Shown one piece after another: positions 9,283 to 17,992 of a DNA stretch of 64,000 bases. Location of the stretch: contig CBFHKH010000001.1 in assembly GCA_965656375.1 (NCBI GenBank), forward strand, positions 281,319 through 345,318. Direction: 5' to 3'. Within the stretch, counting starts at the first letter, position 1. Every line of letters starts with the position of its first letter. Under the pieces are notes generated by a model. It was not told the origin of the DNA. It was given only the letters and a program-made list of their open reading frames with translations, and did not search any database. The stretch comes from Minisyncoccia bacterium (GTDB lineage Bacteria; Patescibacteriota; Minisyncoccia; Phycocordibacterales; UBA9973). Made by a program: the position numbers and the translations under genes.

Positions 9283-10569
9283 TTAACATATCTCTGCATA
9301 AATTGTATGACTATTGCCATGCAGACGACCTGAATTTACTTCGTGTGAATCTATGGAGAGGCATTCTCTGTGCCCGCCAATCCACTTTGAAACTCCATTC
9401 ACCGTTGCAATAAAGACCCGATCAATATACGCATAGGTATGTTGGTCCATTTCATTTACTAATTGCGGCGCTTCGTGTTCCGGTTGCAATATATATGAAC
9501 CACGACTACGCATATTTTGCCGCAATTTTTTACGAAAGTTTCCGTCATTCAAAGAACCAGATATATGTCCATAGCAACCGAAAGTACCTTGAATTGGTTT
9601 AGCACGAATTCTCTTTTCAGTACCGTTAATTGATAACAATGAATCTATACCTGCGATTTCTAAATACTTAGAAAACTCACTCAGATACATAAGGCTTGCT
9701 TCGTCTTTCACTTCAAACCCCATACCCATAAGCGGCAGATATCTTTTTGTATCATTAATTCTTCGTTCATCAGTTTCTTGCCAGGCTGGATTATCAACAT
9801 TAAATGTAATGCTGTATTCCTTTATGATGCGTCTGATGGCAGAATCACTTAACAAGGGATGTTCTACTACTGTCTCGGGGCGCTTCAGCTTTTCAATTGG
9901 GTCGGATGAACGAACATACAGGAGATAACCACACTTTCCGCCATTCGACGAAAGATGTTGCAGGAACTCATCAGGCCCAAAGAATGCATCGAAACCTGAA
10001 AGATGCAGAACTTCTTCGTCAGATATGCTATCTTCTGAGCCTTTGCCGAATTCTGCTGCTTTCATAGCAACATATTTTTCCTTGGTAACTGCAAGAAGTG
10101 CGATAGGAAGGCTGTGCTTCGTACGCAAATCCTGCATCATTAATTTTGTCTCCTTGCTATACAAGGTAGACTGATTATCCGTTTCGCACGCTTTGGAAAG
10201 TAATTGATACAGTGCCCAATTATTCTCCATTTCAAATATTCGGCGTTTTAAAATTGTTTGCACTTCTTCAATCTTCATTATGGCCAATTCATCAAGCAAC
10301 TCGCTTGGTAAACCACACATGTCAATCTGTACAATCCAATTTATCGGATTACCATTTTGGTAGCAGTACCTGTAATCAGTCGGCCATTCACGGTTCGCTT
10401 TCACGAGTGAACCAAAAGCCTTGTTACATTCATCGTATATCTTACAAAGCGCATCAGTAACTACCTGAGGATACTTTACTTGATAATCGTTGAATGAATA
10501 CGTTGGTGAAAGCGAGGACTGTATAATTCCTGTTGTCACGCTAGAGTTTAATGGATGTTTCATTTTCAA
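9283..10569 (-). CDS. hypothetical 428-aa soluble protein, function unknown
   Basis: long ORF with strong coding look; no motif I can assign with confidence. Confidence 0.6.
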   Translation of the reverse strand: MKMKHPLNSSVTTGIIQSSLSPTYSFNDYQVKYPQVVTDALCKIYDECNKAFGSLVKANREWPTDYRYCYQNGNPINWIVQIDMCGLPSELLDELAIMKIEEVQTILKRRIFEMENNWALYQLLSKACETDNQSTLYSKETKLMMQDLRTKHSLPIALLAVTKEKYVAMKAAEFGKGSEDSISDEEVLHLSGFDAFFGPDEFLQHLSSNGGKCGYLLYVRSSDPIEKLKRPETVVEHPLLSDSAIRRIIKEYSITFNVDNPAWQETDERRINDTKRYLPLMGMGFEVKDEASLMYLSEFSKYLEIAGIDSLLSINGTEKRIRAKPIQGTFGCYGHISGSLNDGNFRKKLRQNMRSRGSYILQPEHEAPQLVNEMDQHTYAYIDRVFIATVNGVSKWIGGHRECLSIDSHEVNSGRLHGNSHTIYAEIC

Positions 10570-10616
10570 TTTTTTTAGTTTTGAGATATTTTTATCACAA
10601 GACTTAAGTTAAGTCA

Positions 10617-10646
10617 AGAAAAGCCGCTCAATCGAGCGGCTTTTCT
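10617..10646. terminator. hairpin aaaagccgctc-aatc-gagcggctttt between dnaJ and the upstream gene
   Basis: perfect GC-rich stem with flanking A/T runs. Confidence 0.6.
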
Positions 10647-10661
10647 AATAAGGTTTGTCAT

Positions 10662-11738
10662 CTAAATTCCCTCTTCTTTAAGTCTCTCTAACGCTTCTTT
10701 TGATTTCTTGGAAAGTTTTTTTGGCATCTCGATCTGTATACGGAGAATGATGTCACCTCGGCCGCGTGAAGATGGTACACCCTTGCCACGTACTCGAAGC
10801 AGTTCTCCATGATTAATTCCTTCAGGAATCTTTACTTCGACTATATTGCCTTCAAGAGTTTTCAAATCATATTTCATTCCGAGAAGTGCATCAGTAAGTT
10901 TGATAGGTAGATCCATTGTGAGATTTAATCCATCGCGTCTAAATGTTGGATGCACTCGTACATTGACTTTAATATACAGATCCCCAGCTTGGCCTCCTTG
11001 GATAGCTTCACCCATACTGGTCATGCGAAGCATTTCCCCTGCATTGATTCCTGCAGGAATTTTAAGTTCTATTTCTTCTTGTTTGTTGCGAACACCCTTA
11101 CCAGCACACTCCGTACATTTCTCTGAAGGAATCTTTCCATTTCCATGACAAACGTCACAAACCCGTCTTGATTCAAATGAACCAAGTATAGAACGCTTCA
11201 TTTCACGAATCTGGCCATTACCATTGCAAGTCTTGCACGTATCCATCTTGACACCAGGCTTGCCACCAGTACCTTTACAAATATCGCACACTGACTGTTT
11301 AGATAGTAAAATTGTTCGTGTCACACCGAATATTGATTCTTCAAAGGAAAGATCTATTTCCGTCGAAATATCCCTGCCACGGCGTGCTTGTTTGCTACTT
11401 CGCCCACCTCCAAAGAAATCGCCAAAAATATCTCCAAGATCACCCATGTCGAACTCTACACCACCGTTCTGAAACCCTGAAAAATCAAATCCTCCAAATC
11501 CACCTTGCGCACCTCCGTTGAATCCTTGTGGACCATCTGCACCAAAGCGATCATACTGCGCACGCTTCTGGTCATCTGAAAGGGTTTGGTATGCCTGGTT
11601 TACTTCCTTGAACTTCGAATCATCACCCTTGTTCTTATCAGGGTGGTATTTGTGTGCGAGCTTATGATACGCCTTTTTAAGCTCATCTTTCGATGCACCT
11701 TTTTGTACTCCAAGTATTTCGTAATAATCTTTTGACAT
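10662..11738 (-). CDS. dnaJ: chaperone DnaJ
   Basis: J-domain with HPD (KYHPDKN), G/F-rich linker, four CxxCxGxG zinc-finger repeats. Confidence 0.95.
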   Translation of the reverse strand: MSKDYYEILGVQKGASKDELKKAYHKLAHKYHPDKNKGDDSKFKEVNQAYQTLSDDQKRAQYDRFGADGPQGFNGGAQGGFGGFDFSGFQNGGVEFDMGDLGDIFGDFFGGGRSSKQARRGRDISTEIDLSFEESIFGVTRTILLSKQSVCDICKGTGGKPGVKMDTCKTCNGNGQIREMKRSILGSFESRRVCDVCHGNGKIPSEKCTECAGKGVRNKQEEIELKIPAGINAGEMLRMTSMGEAIQGGQAGDLYIKVNVRVHPTFRRDGLNLTMDLPIKLTDALLGMKYDLKTLEGNIVEVKIPEGINHGELLRVRGKGVPSSRGRGDIILRIQIEMPKKLSKKSKEALERLKEEGI

Positions 11739-11780
11739 ATTTTATATTATACACACTAACGTATATCAACACCCTAATAT

Positions 11781-11902
11781 CGTACTTCAGTAAAATAGCT
11801 CCTCTCATAGGACACGCGTAAAATTCTGCTGAATTTTCTGCTCCGCTCGACTCCGTCGAGCCTGCGCGAGTTCCTGCTCAAGGACTATTTTACTTTTGTA
11901 CG
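11781..11902 (-). repeat. palindromic intergenic element, diverged copy C, between dnaK and dnaJ (terminal IRs cgtacttcagtaaaatag / ctattttacttttgtacg)
   Basis: shares the AGTCCT...CTCGC...aaattctg...gagcg core with copies A/B. Confidence 0.55.
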
Positions 11903-11913
11903 AAAACTTGAAT

Positions 11914-13806
11914 TTATTTTTGTTCTGGATTCTCGTTTACTTCAGCGTCTTTGATTTCTTCTGCCTGTTGTTCTGCAGTTGTACTTCCTTCTGGAGTTGT
12001 TCCTGCTTTTTGCATTGCTTCACCGATCTTCGATACTTCAGCAGTAAGAGCTTCAAGTGCGGATTTAATTGCGGTAATGTCTGTTCCTTCTTTTGCAGTT
12101 TTTACTGCAGCAATTTTCTCTTCTACACTTGTTTTAAGAGTCGCATCGATTTTATCTCCGTATTCTTTCAATGATTTCTCAGCTGAGAATATCATCATTT
12201 CTGCTGTATTCTTCTCATCGACAAGTTCTTTTTTCTTTGCATCTTCATCAGCATGAGCGACGGCTTCATCTTGCATGCGCTTAATATCTGCATCTGTAAG
12301 ACCAGATGATGCTTCGATACGGATTGATGATTCTTTACCTGATGCTTTATCTTTCGCTTTTACGTTGAGGATACCATTGGCATCGACATCAAATGTTACT
12401 TCAATCTGTGGCATACCACGTGGTGCTGGTGGAATATCACCAAGAATAAATCTTCCAAGTGATTTGTTGTCAGATGCCATTGGTCGCTCACCTTGAGTGA
12501 TGTGGATCTCTACAGAAGTTTGATTGTCAGCTGCCGTTGAGAATACCTGGCTCTTTGAGCTTGGAATAGTCGTATTACGCTCTACAAGCTTTGTAGCGAC
12601 TCCACCAAGTGTTTCTATACCAAGCGAGAGCGGAATAACATCAAGAAGAAGCACATCTTTTACATCTCCCTGGAGAACTCCTGCCTGAACTGCAGCACCA
12701 AGCGCTACAACTTCATCTGGGTTAATTGAACGGTTTGGTTCTTTGCCGCCAAAGAGCTTCTTGACTGCCTCTACAATCGCAGGCATGCGTGTTTGTCCAC
12801 CCACCATGATAATCTCATTGATTTCGTTCATTTTGAATGGTGATGCTTCCATTGCTCGTTTTGTAATCTCGATAGAACGAGTCACATACTCTTCAGCTAG
12901 AGTTTCAAGCGTTGCACGTGTCATTTTAAGCAGCAAATGCTGTGGACCTGCATCTGTTGATGTTATGAATGGGATGTTGATTTCTGTTTCTGGTGTAGTT
13001 GAAAGCTCAATTTTTGCTTTTTCTGCCGCTTCATCAAGACGCTGGAGGGCAAGTGGATCTTTCGTTACATCTACACCTGATTGCTTTTTGAATTCATCAG
13101 CAATCCAATTGATAATTTTTTGGTCAATATCACGACCTCCCATGTGTGAATCTCCATCTGTTGATTTCACTTCAATAACATCATTTGAAACTTCAAGTAC
13201 TGATACATCGAACGTACCACCTCCGAAGTCATACACAACGATCTTCTCATCTTTCTTTGTGTTGAATCCATACGCAAGAGCTGCTGCTGTCGGCTCATTG
13301 ATGATACGCTTCACATCAAGACCTGCAATCTGACCAGCATCCTTAGTTGCCTTACGCTGTGCGTCATTGAAATATGCAGGTACCGTAATGATTGCTTCTG
13401 TGATCTTCTCACCAAGTTTTGCTTCGACATCAGCCTTGATCTTTGAAAGGATCATTGCTGATACTTCTTCTGGTCGATACCACTTATCACCAATATTTAC
13501 TTCTGCTCCACCATCTTTACCTTTCTGAATTTTGAATGGTGCAGTTTTTTGAGTCTTTTGGATTTCTGGATCTTCGAACATGTGACCCATGAATCGCTTG
13601 ATACCGTAGATCGTATTTTGGGGATTAGTCACCGCCTGACGCTTCGCAAGAAGACCAACTAATCGATCACTATTCTTACCGATTGCCACAATTGATGGCG
13701 TTGTACGCTGACCTTCGATATTCTCAATAATTTTTGGCTGACCACCTTCAATGATGGCAACTGCACTGTTTGTTGTACCTAAATCTATTCCTATTATTTT
13801 TGACAT
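11914..13806 (-). CDS. dnaK: chaperone DnaK (Hsp70)
   Basis: [18 protein letters not shown], and full-length Hsp70 architecture. Confidence 0.97.
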   Translation of the reverse strand: MSKIIGIDLGTTNSAVAIIEGGQPKIIENIEGQRTTPSIVAIGKNSDRLVGLLAKRQAVTNPQNTIYGIKRFMGHMFEDPEIQKTQKTAPFKIQKGKDGGAEVNIGDKWYRPEEVSAMILSKIKADVEAKLGEKITEAIITVPAYFNDAQRKATKDAGQIAGLDVKRIINEPTAAALAYGFNTKKDEKIVVYDFGGGTFDVSVLEVSNDVIEVKSTDGDSHMGGRDIDQKIINWIADEFKKQSGVDVTKDPLALQRLDEAAEKAKIELSTTPETEINIPFITSTDAGPQHLLLKMTRATLETLAEEYVTRSIEITKRAMEASPFKMNEINEIIMVGGQTRMPAIVEAVKKLFGGKEPNRSINPDEVVALGAAVQAGVLQGDVKDVLLLDVIPLSLGIETLGGVATKLVERNTTIPSSKSQVFSTAADNQTSVEIHITQGERPMASDNKSLGRFILGDIPPAPRGMPQIEVTFDVDANGILNVKAKDKASGKESSIRIEASSGLTDADIKRMQDEAVAHADEDAKKKELVDEKNTAEMMIFSAEKSLKEYGDKIDATLKTSVEEKIAAVKTAKEGTDITAIKSALEALTAEVSKIGEAMQKAGTTPEGSTTAEQQAEEIKDAEVNENPEQK

Positions 13807-13837
13807 AGTTTTATAAAGCGAAACAAATTATTTTATG

Positions 13838-13913
13838 AAAAACAGTCTGGCCTCGCTCCGCTCCAGAATTTTGTGCGAGGAGATCCGAGGACTTTTTTCA
13901 GAATATAATTTGT
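13838..13913 (-). repeat. palindromic intergenic element, copy B, immediately upstream of dnaK
   Basis: reverse complement about 90% identical to copy A at 7660-7743. Confidence 0.8.
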
Positions 13914-13940
13914 GGAGCTCAATTAATTAATAATATTACT

Positions 13941-14207
13941 TTATTTTTCTAAATCTGATGACTGCAATGGACTCGGAATCGGTGGTGCAGTCATATCTAT
14001 GACACCAAAATCTTTCTCATACTTTTCAATTTGTTGCATGAAAAACAGTGCGATACTTTTTGCTACTTGTGGTGAAGTTGCGAATGGATCGAGACTGTTA
14101 CCAGAAGCAATTGCAAACATTATTGCTTCCTTGTTGTATGCCCCAAGAGCTCCATCTGCGAACTTCTTTGGTAACTGATTAAAATCTACTTTTGTTGGAT
14201 CTACCAT
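13941..14207 (-). CDS. hypothetical 88-aa protein upstream of dnaK
   Basis: ORF only; no motif. Confidence 0.4.
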   Translation of the reverse strand: MVDPTKVDFNQLPKKFADGALGAYNKEAIMFAIASGNSLDPFATSPQVAKSIALFFMQQIEKYEKDFGVIDMTAPPIPSPLQSSDLEK

Positions 14208-14339
14208 ATATTTTTATGCCTTAATTTTAATAATTTTCGATTTCTAAAGTCATTATATAGGATGTAAATTATTTTGACAAGTATTTCGTGTCCGCAAAAT
14301 ATATGTTGATATTATATTTATAACTGTTATACTGTCAAT

Positions 14340-14885
14340 ATGGCAAAAAAACCATCAATACAGAAGGCTATTTTAAGGAGTATTTCTAGGAACAAGGCTA
14401 CTTCTTTGGAAAACGTAAAAAAAGATCTAGAAAAGGTTCTTTTGACCGATTCTGAGATGCAAAAAGGTAGCTATGCCATTACTCGCTCTATCAAAAATCT
14501 TCTTTCTGATGGCCTTATAGAGGCCTTTAATTCAGAGCATAAGCAGTACTTTAGACTTACCGGTAATGGAAAGCAAAGACTCAATAATATTGCACTTGAA
14601 GCTGAAGGGGGGCTTATATCTACAAAATGGGATGGGTACTGGAGAATAGTGCTTCTTGACCTTCCCGAAGATCGTAAAAGTGAGCGCGAAGCACTCCGTT
14701 ACCTTCTCAAAAAAGCTGGCTTCATTTGCATCAAGAATTCGGTCTGGGTGTCAATGTATCCATTCGAACATCTTTTCACAAATATAAAAAAAGATCTCAG
14801 TCTTACGACAGAGATGATGATCATGGTCACTGATAAACTTGACAGAGATACTGAAGTCGAATTTCTAAAATTGACTCAAAAATAA
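14340..14885 (+). CDS. winged-helix transcriptional regulator, PaaX-like (wHTH + Cas2/VapD-like C-terminal fold)
   Basis: N-terminal HTH-like region; C-terminal WDGYWRIVLLDLPEDRKSEREALRYLLKKAGFICIKNSVWVS matching the PaaX C-terminal pattern. Confidence 0.5.
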   Translation: MAKKPSIQKAILRSISRNKATSLENVKKDLEKVLLTDSEMQKGSYAITRSIKNLLSDGLIEAFNSEHKQYFRLTGNGKQRLNNIALEAEGGLISTKWDGYWRIVLLDLPEDRKSEREALRYLLKKAGFICIKNSVWVSMYPFEHLFTNIKKDLSLTTEMMIMVTDKLDRDTEVEFLKLTQK

Positions 14886-14903
14886 AACTCCAATACTGGA
14901 GTT

Positions 14904-15494
14904 TTATTTTTGATATTCAAAGATAGTTACTCGCGCAGGACGCACTACTCGCTCGCCTATCTTAAATCCTGCTTGGATTACTTTTTCAATTGTATGATCT
15001 TTTGATTGATCGTCAGTCGGGATACTTTCGATAGATTGGTGGAGATTCGGATCAAATAAAACATTTGTCTTGTCAATTTTTTCTATCCCTGAATCAGCAA
15101 GTCCAGTTATGATCTGCTGGTAAATATATTCCACACCAGTACGCCAGTTTGGATCAACTTTTTCCCACGCATCTTTATTCCCCATTGCCATATCAAAACT
15201 ATCAATCGCCGGAAGTAGGTTTTCTACCATCTTTTCTTTTGTGATGATTGATGTAGCGCTTCTCACTTGATCCATTTCTTTTTGAAGATTTACATAATCG
15301 GCTTTTGCTCTTTGCCAGCCTGTCAAATATTCCTCTTTATCTAGACGGGCTTGTTTTAAATCATCGCGAAGTTTCTTTGCTACATCTTTTGTAGGTAGCG
15401 AATCTCCATCTTCTGTACTTGGAACAACTTCGACATCGTCAAATGCTTCCAAGATTTCTTCTTCTACATTTTTTGACTTGTGTTCATCACTCAT
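14904..15494 (-). CDS. grpE: nucleotide exchange factor GrpE
   Basis: coiled-coil N-terminus, LLPAIDSFDMA and C-terminal GERVVRPARVTIF beta-domain. Confidence 0.85.
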   Translation of the reverse strand: MSDEHKSKNVEEEILEAFDDVEVVPSTEDGDSLPTKDVAKKLRDDLKQARLDKEEYLTGWQRAKADYVNLQKEMDQVRSATSIITKEKMVENLLPAIDSFDMAMGNKDAWEKVDPNWRTGVEYIYQQIITGLADSGIEKIDKTNVLFDPNLHQSIESIPTDDQSKDHTIEKVIQAGFKIGERVVRPARVTIFEYQK

Positions 15495-15533
15495 AGCGTT
15501 CCCAGTATACAGAAAAATATATTTTTTTCAAAA

Positions 15534-16754
15534 TTATCTTTCTATCCTGTAAAGCTTATAAATAACACCTCTTTCATCATCTGAGATATATACAGTGCCA
15601 CCCGGAGATACCTGTATATCTACGGGCCTACCATTTTTCTTGCCATTTTTATCTAAAAAGCCCGTGATAAAATCTTCAGTGCCAAGATAATTACCTTTTT
15701 CATCGAGTTTAATTCGGACAACTTTGTATCCTGTTGGATCTGATCTATTCCATGATCCATGGTATGCAACAAGCAGGTTGTACCAGTATTCTTCTGGCCA
15801 ACCTTCCTCAGGAATAAAATCAAGTCCGAGCGGTGCTGAATGAGCTTCTAAATCTATATGTGATGGAGTTTCAAATGGCTCCATACATGGGTTTCGAATA
15901 TATGTTTTTTTATCAAACTCTGTATCATGAATATTCTTACCATAGCAAATCGGCCACCCATAATACTTTCCTTTCTCAACGATGTTAATCTCATCAGGCG
16001 GTGTAGTATCACCTAATCCATCACGTCCCATCTCCGTAGCCCATACCTTTCCATCAACAGGATTTGTAGTCATAAATACTGCGTTACGAAGACCTCTAGC
16101 GTACGTATCGAGTTTGTTTGTGACAATATTATAGGAAAGAATGGTGCCTTGTTTCTGATCCTTTTCTACACAAACATTGCATGAAGATCCTACAGAGATG
16201 AGAAGTGTATTGGAATATCCATCTGGCTCATTTGATGGTAGCCACATGATTGATCTGCTGTAGTGTCGATCCGTTGGATACGATGGGAGATCAACAAGTT
16301 TCTTGCCATTATACGCCTTCTCATCATCAAAATTATATCGAGAAAGTTTTCCATGCTCTGCTACATAAAGGTAATTTTGCCCACCTTCCCCCCACTCTGC
16401 TAATCCATGCGGTTTGTCGAGGCCATCTAAAATGACTTTCTTTGTCTCTGCCACTCCGTCATTATCAGTATCTTTTACAAGCGTTACTTTGCCTTCGCTT
16501 GTTTGGGTAACTAAAATTCCGGAACCTATGGGAAGCATTGTTCGTACACCTGGTACATCTTTTGCAAAAATCGAAATGCCAAATCCATCAGGAACCTTCA
16601 AATATGAGAGTGAAGATCCTTGATTAGTTTCATTTGAGATTTGATCATTTTTAGGAGGAATAGTAACAGAGCCGATTTCTTTTTTAAATACATACCATCC
16701 AATAAGGATCAGTCCGAGCATCGCTATGCTAATATATATTGCTTTTTTAGTCAT
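15534..16754 (-). CDS. membrane-anchored beta-propeller protein, soluble PQQ-dependent sugar (glucose/sorbosone) dehydrogenase-like
   Basis: N-terminal TM anchor; repeated propeller blades; C-terminal GRPVDIQVSPGGTVYISDDERGVIYKL typical of the SGDH/YliI family. Confidence 0.5.
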   Translation of the reverse strand: MTKKAIYISIAMLGLILIGWYVFKKEIGSVTIPPKNDQISNETNQGSSLSYLKVPDGFGISIFAKDVPGVRTMLPIGSGILVTQTSEGKVTLVKDTDNDGVAETKKVILDGLDKPHGLAEWGEGGQNYLYVAEHGKLSRYNFDDEKAYNGKKLVDLPSYPTDRHYSRSIMWLPSNEPDGYSNTLLISVGSSCNVCVEKDQKQGTILSYNIVTNKLDTYARGLRNAVFMTTNPVDGKVWATEMGRDGLGDTTPPDEINIVEKGKYYGWPICYGKNIHDTEFDKKTYIRNPCMEPFETPSHIDLEAHSAPLGLDFIPEEGWPEEYWYNLLVAYHGSWNRSDPTGYKVVRIKLDEKGNYLGTEDFITGFLDKNGKKNGRPVDIQVSPGGTVYISDDERGVIYKLYRIER

Positions 16755-16792
16755 ATTTTAATTATAGACTTATACTCAGTTGATGCAAGACA

Positions 16793-16826
16793 ACAAAAAA
16801 CATCCCTACAAAAGGGATGTTTTTTG
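16793..16826 (-). terminator. intrinsic terminator downstream of rpsI
   Basis: aaaaaacatccct-acaaa-agggatgtttttt. Confidence 0.6.
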
Positions 16827-16829
16827 TTG

Positions 16830-17240
16830 TTAACGTTTTGACCACTGTGGTGACTTTCGAGCCTTCTTGAGACCGAATTTCTTTCGCTCAACTTGGCGAG
16901 GATCACGCTTAAGCATTTTTGCTTTCTTTAGTGGTGTGCGGAGTTCTCCATCAAAGAGAACGAGCGCACGTGAGATTCCATGACGTACAGCTTCTGCCTG
17001 TGCATGTGAGCCACCACCTTTTGTTGTGACTACTACTTCAAATTTCTCACTCGGAGCTGAAGTTTCAAATGCGCCAGTAACAATTTTCTTGAGCTCTGCT
17101 GTTGGGAAATATACTGCGAGATCCTTTCCATTTATATCGTAGCTTGTCTTTGAAGCTTTGATGAGTTTTACAACCGCGGTCGCAGTTTTTCGGCGGCCGA
17201 TTGCTCTGAAGTATTCCTTTGTAGATGTTTTCTTTTCCAT
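16830..17240 (-). CDS. rpsI: 30S ribosomal protein S9
   Basis: GGGSHAQAEAVRHGISRAL motif, C-terminal KKAR...KR. Confidence 0.9.
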   Translation of the reverse strand: MEKKTSTKEYFRAIGRRKTATAVVKLIKASKTSYDINGKDLAVYFPTAELKKIVTGAFETSAPSEKFEVVVTTKGGGSHAQAEAVRHGISRALVLFDGELRTPLKKAKMLKRDPRQVERKKFGLKKARKSPQWSKR

Positions 17241-17243
17241 ATA

Positions 17244-17594
17244 TTATTCGCTAATTGTTAAGCGCTTCATCATAAGTGGGCGAAGCTTGTTGCTTGGAAG
17301 CATACCGTAGACTGCGAGCTCATAGAGACCTTTCCAACCTTTTTTCTCTACGATTTTCTGATTGGTATCTTGCTTGAAGCCGCCTGGATATCCTGAATAA
17401 CGCTCATGGAGGGTCTCCTTCATGCGGCGTTCTGACATCTTTGTCTCTTTTGCATTTGTTATGTATACGCGAACATCAGCGACTTTGTTTGGAACATAGT
17501 CAGGTGAATTCTTACCCATAAGAGCCTTAGCAGCAGCTGATGCCACTCGTCCAAAGGTTTTTCCGCTTGCGTCGATTGTGTGTGTTGTTGCCAT
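17244..17594 (-). CDS. rplM: 50S ribosomal protein L13
   Basis: GRVASAAAKALMGK and overall L13 pattern. Confidence 0.85.
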   Translation of the reverse strand: MATTHTIDASGKTFGRVASAAAKALMGKNSPDYVPNKVADVRVYITNAKETKMSERRMKETLHERYSGYPGGFKQDTNQKIVEKKGWKGLYELAVYGMLPSNKLRPLMMKRLTISE

Positions 17595-17599
17595 ATATA

Positions 17600-17953
17600 T
17601 TATATAAATTCTATTACTGCCATTTTACTTGCATCTCCAGCGCGTCGTGGGAGCTTTGTAATGCGAGTATATCCTCCTGCCTGACCTTTATACTTTGGAG
17701 CAATGGTATCGATAAGTTTGTTTGCTTCACTTGTAAGATTGTATACGCGAGATATAACCAAACGGCGTGATGCAAGCGTACCTACGTTTGCCTTTGTTAC
17801 AAGTTTCTCAATCATTGGGCGAAGTTCTTTTGCCTTGGCTTCAGTTGTTTCTATGCGGCCGTGAGCAATAAGCGCAAGCATCAAGCCTTTCAGTAGAGCT
17901 TCTCTCTGATTCTTCGGTCTTCCAAATTTTCGTACGTTGCTGTGATGTCTCAT
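17600..17953 (-). CDS. rplQ: 50S ribosomal protein L17
   Basis: MRHHSNVRKFGRPKNQREALLKGL... GGYTRI. Confidence 0.9.
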   Translation of the reverse strand: MRHHSNVRKFGRPKNQREALLKGLMLALIAHGRIETTEAKAKELRPMIEKLVTKANVGTLASRRLVISRVYNLTSEANKLIDTIAPKYKGQAGGYTRITKLPRRAGDASKMAVIEFI

Positions 17954-17961
17954 ATAATATA

Positions 17962-17989
17962 GTGCTAGTTGCTAAATGCTAATGGCTAA
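17962..17989. repeat. four tandem heptads tgctagt|tgctaaa|tgctaat|ggctaat in the rplQ 5' region
   Basis: same heptad pattern recurs at 44411-44442. Confidence 0.6.
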
Positions 17990-17992
17990 TTA

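Noticed and set aside
11739-11913. CIRCE/HrcA operator upstream of dnaJ or dnaK
   Set aside because: The inverted repeats present do not match the TTAGCACTC-N9-GAGTGCTAA consensus, and no hrcA is in the locus. They were reported instead as a novel palindromic element family.
17962-17989. CRISPR array possibility for the short tandem repeats
   Set aside because: Units are 7 nt with no spacers, and no cas genes are present. Nothing elsewhere in the window has the 24-48-nt repeat/spacer periodicity of CRISPR.
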